In this document: positions 1 through 9,581 of the stretch, piece by piece
Numbering within the stretch: the stretch's first letter is position 1
Layout of the letters: each line of letters opens with the position of its first letter
Assembly (NCBI GenBank): GCA_030614005.1
Contig: JAUWKS010000010.1
Location: 30,001 to 62,000 of the forward strand
Length of the DNA stretch: 32,000 nt
From: Candidatus Heimdallarchaeota archaeon
GTDB taxonomy: Archaea; Asgardarchaeota; Heimdallarchaeia; JABLTI01
Direction of reading: 5' to 3'
Notes under the pieces: model-generated
Told to the model about the DNA's origin: nothing
Database searches by the model: none
Seen by the model: only the letters and a program-made list of their open reading frames with translations
Translations under genes and position numbers: made by a program

Positions 1-152
1 TCGTCTATGTGTAAAGAACCTTTTTCCAGTTGTTCAATGAGATTAAAAATAACTGCAGTCTTTAAAACAAGTGGTTCAATTTTAACGATGTAAACTGCTT
101 TCCCATCCTCATCGCTCCATAATCCGCACAATGCTTCTGGAAAGTCTTTCAT
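1..152 (-). CDS. Hypothetical protein, 5' part only (runs off the window edge)
   Basis: ATG at 152 preceded by AAAGGTG SD-like motif; open to position 1: MKDFPEALCGLWSDEDGKAVYIVKIEPLVLKTAVIFNLIEQLEKGSLHID. Not in the ORF track. Confidence 0.55.
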   Translation of the reverse strand, partial: MKDFPEALCGLWSDEDGKAVYIVKIEPLVLKTAVIFNLIEQLEKGSLHID

Positions 153-299
153 GAATGAACACCTTTGAATTCAAATAATATTAATTCTATTATATCTATT
201 TTCAATCTTGTTTGTTATAATTAAGTGTGGAAAATACAATGTCCTTATTTGTCGGTTGAAAATCGATCCTCCATTTTAGCTAATGCCATAAACACAGAG

Positions 300-344
300 T
301 TTAAATTGTAAGACCGAATTGTTAAAGTTATAGTTTATTGAGGT
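300..344 (+). promoter_or_regulatory. Putative archaeal TATA box and SD for the 352 gene
   Basis: TTTAAAT at 300-306 and GAGGT at 340-344, 7 nt before the TTG start. AT-rich background limits specificity. Confidence 0.35.
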
Positions 345-351
345 AAGAAAT

Positions 352-3003
352 TTGATAAAACAAAAATTATACTCAAACCTTACAAGTGGATTGAAGAATA
401 AGACTGCTAAAAGAATGCTCATATTTGTCTTTATTAATATGCTCTTATTACTCGCTACTCCATTAAGAAGTTCTGCAATAAATAGCGTTACAAATGAGAT
501 TAAAACAATTAATCCAATAATCGATCCTGTTTATTCTATTGATGCTATTCCATTTCCAGAATCACGACTTATTAGAGTTGCAATTTATGATGAGCAAAAT
601 CTAACTGCACCAAGTTATGATACAAGTTTTGGTGATATTAATAATAATATCTCAAATCTTGTTGATATTCTATCGGTAAATGAGCAAATAGATATTACAA
701 TTGTGAATGCTCAAGAGATATCTGATAGAGTATTAAATACTGCAAACTTTGATGTTTTTGCAATGGTTGATAATAATCCACGGGAAAATATCACAAATAT
801 GGTCATTGATTTCTGGCTCGCAGGTGGAGGAATAATAGCTTTCGACAGTCCAGCTGTTTTTCTATCTTATTTTGGGATTCTCCCTCCAGAAGCATTAGGA
901 ACTAGTGGACGTCCAGCCTATTGGGATTTCGATTCGGATGGCTTTAATATAACCAATCGTCATCCTGTAGCAAAAGCTTACGATTTGGACACAAGCATTG
1001 TTGCTGATGGAGGTTATGGTTATTGTTCATGGGATTGGTCAGCACTAACTGGATCAGTAATTGCTAGCGATTTAATACCAATAGCACATAGTAAAAGTGA
1101 TGCGAACGAAATTACCGTACTAGGTTTCGACCCAACAGATCGAGGTGGAAAAATAGTTTCAATTGGTTTTGATCTTGATCATGAAGAAATTCCAGAACTT
1201 GATCAGCTAATTCGCGATGCTGTTGATTGGTTAGCTCCTCGACCTAAAGCAAAAATAGCTTTCGATATGTCACACAAACCTCGACGCAGTATTGATACTT
1301 GGGATACATATTCTGATTATCCTGGTAGTTATGCTATAATGAGAGATTTACTCGTTAGTCATGGTTATACTGTCGATAAGTTATATGATGTTCCATCAGG
1401 AGATAATTTCACATATGATAGATTAAGTAAATTTGATATGCTCATCTGTGAATCACCAGATATTAACTATACAGCAGGAGATATAGCAGCAATGGAAGCA
1501 TGGATTACAGATGGAGGTTCACTGCTCGCTGTTAGTGACAATCCAATATTTTCATTTAAAATTGGTGGTGAGCAACTCAACTCATTACTTAATCCATTTG
1601 AGATGTCCGTTGTAGAAGGACCAATGGTTACAACAACCTTCACTGAATTCACAAAACACCCTACCACAGAAGGTGCGACAGATCTCTATTTTGCCAATTA
1701 TGGATATATCAATATCACTGGTTCTGCTGTTCCAATTTGGAATGATGGTCCTAACACAAATATCGTCGTTGCTAGCAACGAGTATGGTGACGGACGAGCT
1801 GTTCTCACAACAGACATTAATTGGATCCAAGATACGTATATAGTTAATGCAGATAATGAACAATTTATACTCAATTTAGCAAATTGGCTTACAGCTGCAA
1901 CAGCAGATGTGTTAATTTACGTAGACTGGAGTGTTTCTCCAAATTTCTATAAATCTCCACTGGCATTAGCTTTGAATGATTTAGGTATCAACTATTACTT
2001 GACTGGTGACTATGAAGTTGTAGCACATGATTATTTCAATATGTCACTCAATAATTATGCTTGGGATTTAGTTATAATTGATAATCCAAATCGATTTGGT
2101 TTGGAGGATTATTTTGATGATATAGAAAACTATGTTGATACAGGTGGTATGTTACTTATGTCATTTTTCCGTGTTGATATTAATGATACGCACCCACTCT
2201 GGGCAAAACTTGGTTTTGAGTTTTATTCAACATTTTCTGATCAACCACCAGTCTTTATTTGGGATTCAAATCATCAAATATTCAATCAACCGTTTGATTA
2301 CAACGCAGCGAATTTCACCTACGGAACTGCATTTTTAGATGATGGTGACAGATTAACAGTCTTAGCTAATGGTATTCCGCTAGCGGGAACGACTGCACTA
2401 GAAGCAGTTGGAGAAGCAATAATCGTTCTTAGAGATGATGAACAAACACTTTACAATAGTTACTTGATCGATGAATTCACTGGAGACACAGATGATTCAA
2501 CCTATTCTGATAACTTTGAACTCTGGAAGAATGAAATTGCCTTCATGATGCGACCTAAACTGGAATTCTCTTTAGATATGCCAACCGAAGCTACTACCAT
2601 TGATACAATAGAAGTTAATGTAAATATAACGAATCATGGACTCAGTGATGCAAAACTTGGTTTCATTGATATAACTATACTAGCTGGATTGGGTAATACA
2701 ACGGATGATTTAAGTGATATATTTAGCATTCATAGAGGAGCAACTCATGAAGTTACTTGGACTATTGATAATCTAAATATTGGTAATTACACAATAGACT
2801 TTGAATCATCATACCAAGGGTATTTGGGCACAGAATACAGTGTATCTTTCGGAGAAAACATTGTAATAAATAAGGCACCCTTTAACATTCTTGATTTACC
2901 ATGGTACTACTACGTTGCTGCTGGTGGTGGTCTACTACTTATTATATTGATTATTACGATTGCTACAGTAGTTAGCAAGAAGAAGAAGAAAAAGAATAAT
3001 TAG
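352..3003 (+). CDS. Secreted, C-terminally anchored surface protein with three tandem class I glutamine amidotransferase-like (DUF4350/GldG-like) domains and an Ig-like domain
   Basis: N-terminal hydrophobic signal. Three repeats of 'D(V/M/L)x4D/E...GG(G/S/M)(I/L)(I/L)' ending LIRDAVDWL / FILNLANWL / LWKNEIAFM. CARDB-like 'VNVNITNHG', then TM helix and SKKKKKKNN tail. Confidence 0.75.
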   Translation: MIKQKLYSNLTSGLKNKTAKRMLIFVFINMLLLLATPLRSSAINSVTNEIKTINPIIDPVYSIDAIPFPESRLIRVAIYDEQNLTAPSYDTSFGDINNNISNLVDILSVNEQIDITIVNAQEISDRVLNTANFDVFAMVDNNPRENITNMVIDFWLAGGGIIAFDSPAVFLSYFGILPPEALGTSGRPAYWDFDSDGFNITNRHPVAKAYDLDTSIVADGGYGYCSWDWSALTGSVIASDLIPIAHSKSDANEITVLGFDPTDRGGKIVSIGFDLDHEEIPELDQLIRDAVDWLAPRPKAKIAFDMSHKPRRSIDTWDTYSDYPGSYAIMRDLLVSHGYTVDKLYDVPSGDNFTYDRLSKFDMLICESPDINYTAGDIAAMEAWITDGGSLLAVSDNPIFSFKIGGEQLNSLLNPFEMSVVEGPMVTTTFTEFTKHPTTEGATDLYFANYGYINITGSAVPIWNDGPNTNIVVASNEYGDGRAVLTTDINWIQDTYIVNADNEQFILNLANWLTAATADVLIYVDWSVSPNFYKSPLALALNDLGINYYLTGDYEVVAHDYFNMSLNNYAWDLVIIDNPNRFGLEDYFDDIENYVDTGGMLLMSFFRVDINDTHPLWAKLGFEFYSTFSDQPPVFIWDSNHQIFNQPFDYNAANFTYGTAFLDDGDRLTVLANGIPLAGTTALEAVGEAIIVLRDDEQTLYNSYLIDEFTGDTDDSTYSDNFELWKNEIAFMMRPKLEFSLDMPTEATTIDTIEVNVNITNHGLSDAKLGFIDITILAGLGNTTDDLSDIFSIHRGATHEVTWTIDNLNIGNYTIDFESSYQGYLGTEYSVSFGENIVINKAPFNILDLPWYYYVAAGGGLLLIILIITIATVVSKKKKKKNN

Positions 3004-3028
3004 TAGAACATTTCGAGAAGAAACATCC

Positions 3029-3060
3029 GGAGGAGAAATCCTCCAACTCATATTTTTTTA
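3029..3060 (+). terminator. GNRA-capped hairpin plus T-run between convergent genes
   Basis: GGAGGA-GAAA-TCCTCC (3029-3044) followed by aactcatattttttt. Confidence 0.6.
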
Positions 3061-3088
3061 TGAAAATTAAAATTTATCGTGCTACCAA

Positions 3089-3847
3089 CTATTTCTTTAG
3101 CCAGTAAGAAATCAATTTAGTTAATAGATTTCCTTTTTTGGTATCACTAATTTTATGTAAAGCGATAAATTCAATTCCATCTTCCTTTGCTTTTCTAATT
3201 TCTGTTTCAACAGTAACAATATTTTGATGAAATGCTTGTCCTTTGAAACTGATTTCAATTTTGTTTATTTTATATTTCTTCAGATATCTTTTAGGCATAC
3301 TCTCAATAGCCCACTCAACATACACTCTATTATTCACATGTTCATTTAAATCCAAATCAGACAGTCTAACAGTAAACTGCACTTGTGAATCTACTTTCTC
3401 AGGAAGAGCAAGTTTCGGATAATTATAATCTACTGCTCGTAAATCTATAACTGGCAAGTGCGAATATCTCTTGAGATGATCTACTTGTTTTCGCTTGATA
3501 AAATGATAGAGGATCCAACTTGAAGTTGCTGAGCATAATACCTCCTCATTTTTATCTAGAATTTGAAATTCTCGAAGTGTAAACCTGTCATTATCACTTG
3601 GCGCAACCCAAGATCGAACAACTAATTCTTCCTCTAATAACGGATATCTTTTCATTTCTATGTAATACCTAAGTAGAAACCAAGTCAGATGCTCTTTGTA
3701 TGTTTGATGAAAACTAATCCCCAAGTTTGATGCATGTTCGTACGCTACAAGTTGTAAATAATCAATAATAGGTGAGAATTGAATTTCCCCTAATTCATCT
3801 ATTTCTAAAATATTTGGCTTCACTTCAATTTCAAAAATATCCTTCAT
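3089..3847 (-). CDS. Acyl-ACP thioesterase family (FatA/FatB-like double hot-dog fold)
   Basis: DLDLNEHVNN catalytic motif; N-terminal 'YLQLVAYEHA...W...R..IEMKRYP..EE..V.SW' and 'ATSSW' segments typical of the family. Confidence 0.9.
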   Translation of the reverse strand: MKDIFEIEVKPNILEIDELGEIQFSPIIDYLQLVAYEHASNLGISFHQTYKEHLTWFLLRYYIEMKRYPLLEEELVVRSWVAPSDNDRFTLREFQILDKNEEVLCSATSSWILYHFIKRKQVDHLKRYSHLPVIDLRAVDYNYPKLALPEKVDSQVQFTVRLSDLDLNEHVNNRVYVEWAIESMPKRYLKKYKINKIEISFKGQAFHQNIVTVETEIRKAKEDGIEFIALHKISDTKKGNLLTKLISYWLKK

Positions 3848-3973
3848 ATAAGTAGAATGTTAATAGGAATTAATAAAGATAATCTTCTCTTGTTGTAAAA
3901 GAACTTCTTAGTTGATTTTAACAGATAATAGATTCACCAATTCTCTTAAAAATATTCCAAGAATTACTGATTT

Positions 3974-4801
3974 ATGGCAGAACTAACCATTCGTTTAGCA
4001 GATGAAAATGATTGCAAAGATTTAGCATTGGTATTTATCGATTCTTTTGGGATTTCAGCAGAAAATAATAATAAATTGATAGAAAACACAGCAAATACTC
4101 TGAAGCATCGTATTAACAAAAAAGTATCCGATTTTTATATTGCTTTTCAAGATGATAAAGCAGTAGGATTAGGTGCAGAAACAAGATTTCTTGGTTCATC
4201 ATATATTGGTTATGTTGGGGTTTTAAGAAGTGTTTGGAGACATGGAATAGGAACGAAATTATTTCAATTTATTCTAGAGAAAGCAGAGAAGCATAATCCT
4301 ACAATTGAATTATTTGCCAATCCCGGTGCAGATAGTGTTTATCGAAAATTGGATTTCAAAGATCAATTCCTTACATACAAGGTTGAATTAACTAGCACTA
4401 AAGATATTGTTATAGAAAAAGTACAAGAGGAAGAGCAAATACCTCAGTGGATATTTGATTTAGATAAATTAGCTATGAGGTGTGACAGAAGTCATCTACT
4501 CCAATTTTTGATCTCAGAGCCAAAAACATCACTTCTGAGTTTTGAGGACAAGGGATATTTAATTACTACAGATAAGAAAATTGGACCGGTAATAACAAAG
4601 GATATTGAAGCAGCTTACAATCTCTTAAATTATTCACTTGCTACTGGTAAGAAAACAATGCTTGTACCAGACAAGCAATTACCATTTCTAAAACCATTTT
4701 CACCCGTTGAAAAACAAAGATGTGTAAAAATGATAAAAGGAGTAGCATTGAAAAATGAGCCCAATCTAATTTTGGGTTATAATTCCTTTGCAAGTAGCTA
4801 A
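3974..4801 (+). CDS. GNAT N-acetyltransferase with YitH/HolE-like C-terminal domain
   Basis: Acetyl-CoA motif A 'VGVLRSVWRHGIGTKL', 'VYRKLDF', and C-terminal 'IGPVIT' motif. Confidence 0.85.
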   Translation: MAELTIRLADENDCKDLALVFIDSFGISAENNNKLIENTANTLKHRINKKVSDFYIAFQDDKAVGLGAETRFLGSSYIGYVGVLRSVWRHGIGTKLFQFILEKAEKHNPTIELFANPGADSVYRKLDFKDQFLTYKVELTSTKDIVIEKVQEEEQIPQWIFDLDKLAMRCDRSHLLQFLISEPKTSLLSFEDKGYLITTDKKIGPVITKDIEAAYNLLNYSLATGKKTMLVPDKQLPFLKPFSPVEKQRCVKMIKGVALKNEPNLILGYNSFASS

Positions 4802-5150
4802 AAAAAGTCCAAACGATATTAAGCTTAACAGTATTCGAGATGTACTTGCAAGTGATGAATTTGTTATTAGTTTTTTAGCTGGTTTAGCAAGTAGTCTTGC
4901 GATATCTTTAGTATTTGCATTAATAACAGCAGGAATCGGATTAATAAATAAAGCTAGACTGGCAACTAAGACTATTTTAATTACTGTTACAAAACTTGGT
5001 CAAAGCTTACTAGGTCTTAAAGCAGGACCTTATTGGTTAACTGTACCTTCTGTGTATTATGTATTAATGGCCTTTGGAATAATATTAATAATTATAGCAG
5101 TACTAATTATCTCTACGTTGCTAATATATGCTTTTTATAAAATATCATAA
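4788..5150 (+). CDS. Hypothetical membrane protein, possibly a fragment (no ATG; TTG start overlaps the GNAT stop)
   Basis: Two long hydrophobic stretches; start codon weak and no clear SD. Confidence 0.45.
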   Translation: MQVAKKSPNDIKLNSIRDVLASDEFVISFLAGLASSLAISLVFALITAGIGLINKARLATKTILITVTKLGQSLLGLKAGPYWLTVPSVYYVLMAFGIILIIIAVLIISTLLIYAFYKIS

Positions 5151-5178
5151 GTATATAAACTCTTCAGGAATTGACTAT

Positions 5179-5610
5179 ATGGAGATAAGAACTATCGATC
5201 AATATGTACAACAACAGAATGCAAAGGAACAATTTAAATCCAAAGAGAAATGGTATGAAAGAATTACTTGGATTTCAATTATTATTTCAATGACAATTAT
5301 GGTAATTGTAGCATTACGATTATTTGAGATAAACCTAATAGGTTTAGCTAAATATTTGGTAGGTTTATCATTTTCATCAATTGTATTCACTATTAATTAT
5401 TTGGTTTATGAATCTCCATTTCTTTATTCTGCTCTCTCAAAGAAATCGCGGTATTCCCCAACTGATTACAGTTATATCATAAAAGAACAAAATAAACCAA
5501 CGACTATAAAGTATAAAATCAGAAAAGTTCTTTTAATTACTTTAAACATTATTGGACTATTATTAATTCTAGGAAATGTTGTTATACTCTTCATTGAGAT
5601 GATACTCTAG
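5179..5610 (+). CDS. Hypothetical membrane protein (about 3 TM helices)
   Basis: ORF track 5128-5610; in-frame ATG at 5179 after AGGA is the more plausible start; three hydrophobic segments. Confidence 0.65.
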   Translation: MEIRTIDQYVQQQNAKEQFKSKEKWYERITWISIIISMTIMVIVALRLFEINLIGLAKYLVGLSFSSIVFTINYLVYESPFLYSALSKKSRYSPTDYSYIIKEQNKPTTIKYKIRKVLLITLNIIGLLLILGNVVILFIEMIL

Positions 5611-5615
5611 TTTTA

Positions 5616-5650
5616 ATCAGCAAATATTAGCTGATGTTTTTCTTTTTTTG
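5616..5650 (+). terminator. Hairpin plus T-run terminator
   Basis: ATCAGC-aaatatta-GCTGAT (5616-5635) followed by gtttttctttttttg. Confidence 0.55.
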
Positions 5651-5712
5651 ATTTTACCAGAAATAAATACCAAATTACGTTTAGTAATTGACTTTATTAT
5701 AGTGTTTTTTAA

Positions 5713-5976
5713 AAAACTTCATTAATATAATCATGCAATAATAACAGAGAATAAAATTGGCCCGTTAATAACAACAGAAATAGATTCAGCGCATTTTCTA
5801 ATAAATCACCATTGTTAGAAGGAAAGAAGCATATGATTATCCCTGAGAATAAATTTCAGCTTCTTAAACCGTTTGTACTAATAAAGAAACAGATGTGTAT
5901 TAAGATGTTTAATAGCACACCCTGTCAGAACAATCTAGATCATATTTGGGCATACAATTCATTTGCTGGAAGCTAA
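5713..5976 (+). pseudogene. Frameshifted 3' remnant of a paralog of the 3974-4801 GNAT
   Basis: 5812-5976 reads LLEGKKHMIIPENKFQLLKPFVLIKKQMCIKMFNSTPCQNNLDHIWAYNSFAGS*, 23/54 identical without gaps to the GNAT C-terminus. A second frame at 5741-5809 reads ITENKIGPLITTEIDSAHFLINH (GNAT: TTDKKIGPVITKDIEAAYNLLNY). KTSL at 5713 matches GNAT KTSL. Confidence 0.85.
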
Positions 5977-6068
5977 GTTACCATATATTATAATTCCTTT
6001 GGAAACGATTTTTTTTGAAAAGCTAAATTAGATTGCCAAAGTTGATGAAAAAAAAGAAAAACTAGCAT

Positions 6069-8735
6069 TTAGCTAGCTTTTTTGATTCTTATAAGTCTTA
6101 CAAGGAAGAAAATACCAAAACCTAATGCAACAAGTCCAGCACCAACTAAAGTACCCCAATTGAAAAAGTTTCCAAGAACCACCAAGATAGGTGCGGGATT
6201 ATCAATTGTGAATGATTTAACTACTTGATATGAATTTCCAGCATTATCCTCTACTAAAAAGGTAAATGTTTGTTCTCCTTCTCCATATAGTGTAGTATCA
6301 TAACTAATCATTTCTATCATAGGTCCGATATATATTACACTATATGCCAATAGCAGAGTACCGTTATAATATTGAGTTGGGCCAATATATATTGATAAAT
6401 TGTTGATTCCACTGCCAGAATCTAGACCATCTAAGTAAAATATCACTTGGTCTGTTAGTATATCATTTTCAGCAGGACCAAAAACGCTCAACGTTGGATC
6501 GATGTCATCAAGTATTGTATAAGTATAATATGCTCCAGAATTATTATCAGTGATATTATTTCCAACTGTATCGAACACCACTACGTAGTAATTGTATTGT
6601 GTACCGTATTCTGAATGGGGTATTAGCCCGCTGAAAATATTTTCTTCAATTGGTGTAGCTAATACTGGATACCAAGTTGTATCGTTCTGATAATAAATAA
6701 CTACTTCAGCAATTTCATTTAATAGATCAGTTGTAGTAACTTCAATAATGGCATCATCATAGTATGTGGGACTATTTTCCAAGGTAACAGAAGCAATCTC
6801 AGGAGGTGTAGTATCACGGACAAAGTGAATGTCATCAAATAAAGTTTCTACCTCGCCACCTGCAGAATAGCAAGCGCTTCGTAATTCAATTTCAGTTACA
6901 ATCAAATTGTCTTTTCCAAAAGCAGCAAACGAATCAATAGCAATATTTCTTATGAGGTTATACCAAGTACCAGTTGAATTGTAATTATCTACTCTGTAGT
7001 AAACATTGATTGTATCATTTGTTAGAAATGACATACTAGCACTTGCTCCCAGAAGGTAATACAGATGATAAGTATCATTAAGTTCTATATCAAATGCAGC
7101 ATAATTATTGTCGTGCGAAGTTATTTCATCCAGTTTCCACCAAAAATCAGTGTAAAGATTATTTTCAATAGGCAGGTACATTGATCTAGAGACTTGTGAA
7201 TTACCATAGCTATTATACGATGAAACATTTGCAGCGTAATTTCCACTATGGGCATCTGAAGTTATGTTTGTGTATTGATGATTTCCAACATTATTCCAAC
7301 CTATAACTGGATCATTTGGATGCCAACTATAGTCTAGTTCAAATGAAGGATCGCCAGTAGGATATGTAGTTAAATCAAAATCATCAATTAAAAGTTGAGT
7401 TGTTGAATTTTCTTCATATCCTGCATTAACTCGGAATCCTATATTAGTTATCGGCATTCCCAATACGTTTTCAAGAACAGATAGTTCATATAAATCTAGA
7501 GAAAATCTTTGCCAAGTATCTCTTGTCCCAAAACCATTTGCGCTAAAATAGCGATAGTTATACGAAGAATTAGTATAATTAGATGAAGTTACTGTGTCTG
7601 TTTCCTGACCAAGATAATAATGAAAGTAATAGCTATAGGTACCATTTCTTCCATAAATATAAAATTGTGCATTTTGACTTGATCCGCCATTAAACGTATC
7701 TGAGTATTTCCAGTCAAAATTAAGCATAACATCTCCTGGTTGAACTGTTTGATAGCTTTTAGGAAAATAATTCCAACCCACAATTGTTGATCTTTCACAA
7801 TAAAGACTACTGTAACTATTATCATAATAGGCTTCTGCTTGGAGATCAAGAGCACTTGTTCCTTCCGTATAATCATTCTGAGTTATTGTTACAGAAGTTG
7901 GTCCTTCTATATTATTTGACCAATAGGAACCATCACCAGTTTCAAAATCACCATTTCGAATAAATTCGTCTGCTGTTTTATTTGTAACGGATACATCATC
8001 AACAATTAATTCAGTAAATCCTGTTGGTTCATTAGGAGAATATGATCTAAAGTAAATTGTTCTTATTTCTATATTTGGGTTTATAGGACCAATAGCTTCC
8101 TCGTAATCTTCAGTTACATTTCTGCTAAAATGAAACCACGATGAAAGACTACCTCGCATATCATAATATCCATTAGTTGAATTAGCACTTAGAGAATCAA
8201 ATCGTGAAAAATAATAGTAGATATTAACCCAACTTGTGCCTGTGTAGAATCGAATATAAGTATAAATTTGACCACCTTCATTTAAGTCCGGATTTGCATA
8301 TGGATTGTACCAAAAATCGACAGATATGGATTCAGTTAATCTAGTCCCACTATCTATGCCCTGAGAGTTAGCAGCTGTTTCAGAAAATTGTGAGGTTCCT
8401 TTCGAAGCCATATAAGCAGAATAGGATCCTGCATGAACATCATCTTGATATGATGAATTAGTAATTGAATATGCACTTCCAACATAGTAGAATTCAGTAG
8501 GACCACCATTTGAATCTTCTTCATAGAAACCACCATCGGGTACAATATTCGATTTGAGGTATTCCTCTCCTCCAACAGCATTTGTTTCCCAAATGTCATC
8601 CATTTCTGGAATCGTTTGGTTGCTATCAATTTGATAGGTTAAATTAGTTTGATTGTTGTCAATAGCTCTTATTGAAATTGGCTGAGCAATCATAACAAAT
8701 AATAGAAAAACAGTTAGTATTTTTTTAAATTGCAT
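6069..8735 (-). CDS. Secreted, C-terminally anchored surface protein with three carbohydrate-binding-module-like (CBM4/9, galactose-binding fold) repeats and Ig-like stalk
   Basis: Signal peptide. Three ~200 aa repeats starting PDGGFYE / RNGDFET / GDPSFEL and ending IVDDVSV / LIDDFDL / LFDDIHF. Ig module with DNNSGAYYTYT, TM helix and RIKKAS tail. Confidence 0.7.
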   Translation of the reverse strand: MQFKKILTVFLLFVMIAQPISIRAIDNNQTNLTYQIDSNQTIPEMDDIWETNAVGGEEYLKSNIVPDGGFYEEDSNGGPTEFYYVGSAYSITNSSYQDDVHAGSYSAYMASKGTSQFSETAANSQGIDSGTRLTESISVDFWYNPYANPDLNEGGQIYTYIRFYTGTSWVNIYYYFSRFDSLSANSTNGYYDMRGSLSSWFHFSRNVTEDYEEAIGPINPNIEIRTIYFRSYSPNEPTGFTELIVDDVSVTNKTADEFIRNGDFETGDGSYWSNNIEGPTSVTITQNDYTEGTSALDLQAEAYYDNSYSSLYCERSTIVGWNYFPKSYQTVQPGDVMLNFDWKYSDTFNGGSSQNAQFYIYGRNGTYSYYFHYYLGQETDTVTSSNYTNSSYNYRYFSANGFGTRDTWQRFSLDLYELSVLENVLGMPITNIGFRVNAGYEENSTTQLLIDDFDLTTYPTGDPSFELDYSWHPNDPVIGWNNVGNHQYTNITSDAHSGNYAANVSSYNSYGNSQVSRSMYLPIENNLYTDFWWKLDEITSHDNNYAAFDIELNDTYHLYYLLGASASMSFLTNDTINVYYRVDNYNSTGTWYNLIRNIAIDSFAAFGKDNLIVTEIELRSACYSAGGEVETLFDDIHFVRDTTPPEIASVTLENSPTYYDDAIIEVTTTDLLNEIAEVVIYYQNDTTWYPVLATPIEENIFSGLIPHSEYGTQYNYYVVVFDTVGNNITDNNSGAYYTYTILDDIDPTLSVFGPAENDILTDQVIFYLDGLDSGSGINNLSIYIGPTQYYNGTLLLAYSVIYIGPMIEMISYDTTLYGEGEQTFTFLVEDNAGNSYQVVKSFTIDNPAPILVVLGNFFNWGTLVGAGLVALGFGIFFLVRLIRIKKAS

Positions 8736-9052
8736 ATATTCACCCTCTAATATTAACGCAAATAATAATACTAATTTTGTATCTCAGTTATACTCTAAAA
8801 ATTTTTCCAATGAAATCTGAGAAAAAATAGATAATAAATGGGGGTTAAAAATTATTCTACCACCATTATTTTATTTGTTAACAATTAATTTTTCTTAAAC
8901 CATCTTGCAATGGTGTAGATTCACAATGGCAAACCTAGGGTAAAAATTGAGTTATATTCTAAAATTTAAGGGGAATAACATGTGCAAATCTAAATATTAA
9001 AAAAGAAATAACTATCTGAAGAATCAGTCACAAACGTAAACAAGTGAAATAA

Positions 9053-9472
9053 ATGACTCAAAAAACCGATGTTGTACTACTAGCTGCAGGAACTGACGAT
9101 GAAGAGAATTTCACCACAGATCATTTCGGCTCATCGCACAATTTTTTAATTTATTCATTTAACCTAAGAACGAAAGAAATAACTTTCGAGAAGAAAATTG
9201 TTAATTTAACTCCCGAAGAACGGCAATATGGAGATCCAGTAAAAGCTAAGAATATTTCGACTTTACTGGATGGTATATCCATTGCTATGGCAAAACGGAT
9301 GGGTCCAAATATTGAACGTATTCGAAAAACCTTCATTCCTATTCTTTCAAATGAAAATCAAATTAAGCTTTCATTGACGATTTTGCCTACGCTAATTCCT
9401 GATATTTTAATCGAATTAGAAAAGCCTTCTGGCACTCCTAAAAGGATTTTAAGATTAAAATTAATCAAATAA
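9053..9472 (+). CDS. NifB/NifX family (dinitrogenase FeMo-cofactor-binding domain) protein
   Basis: 'HFGSSHNFLIY' and 'MGPN' family motifs, ~140 aa. No nif genes nearby, so no role in nitrogen fixation is implied. Confidence 0.8.
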   Translation: MTQKTDVVLLAAGTDDEENFTTDHFGSSHNFLIYSFNLRTKEITFEKKIVNLTPEERQYGDPVKAKNISTLLDGISIAMAKRMGPNIERIRKTFIPILSNENQIKLSLTILPTLIPDILIELEKPSGTPKRILRLKLIK

Positions 9473-9581
9473 ATCTCTTTTATTTTTAAAAAATAACCTT
9501 TTTTTTAGACTTTATTAACAACGTAAACTAAATTACAACTGGATAAGGAATAAAATAAAAAGAATTTTTAGAAAGAAAGCA

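Noticed and set aside
4823-4880. GCTTAAC matching the integron attC R'' pattern after the GNAT
   Set aside because: No matching GTTRRRY box or attC stem downstream, no recurrence in other intergenic regions, and no integron integrase.
8837-9000. Micro-ORFs (MGVKNYSTTIILFVNN*, MCKSKY*) and palindrome ACCAT-cttgca-ATGGT in the 8736-9052 divergent intergenic region
   Set aside because: Too short, with no paralog or second copy to support them. The palindrome could be an operator but cannot be told from chance.
9053-9472. Nitrogen fixation inferred from the NifB/NifX-family gene
   Set aside because: The domain is widespread outside diazotrophs and there is no nifH/D/K/E/N in the window.
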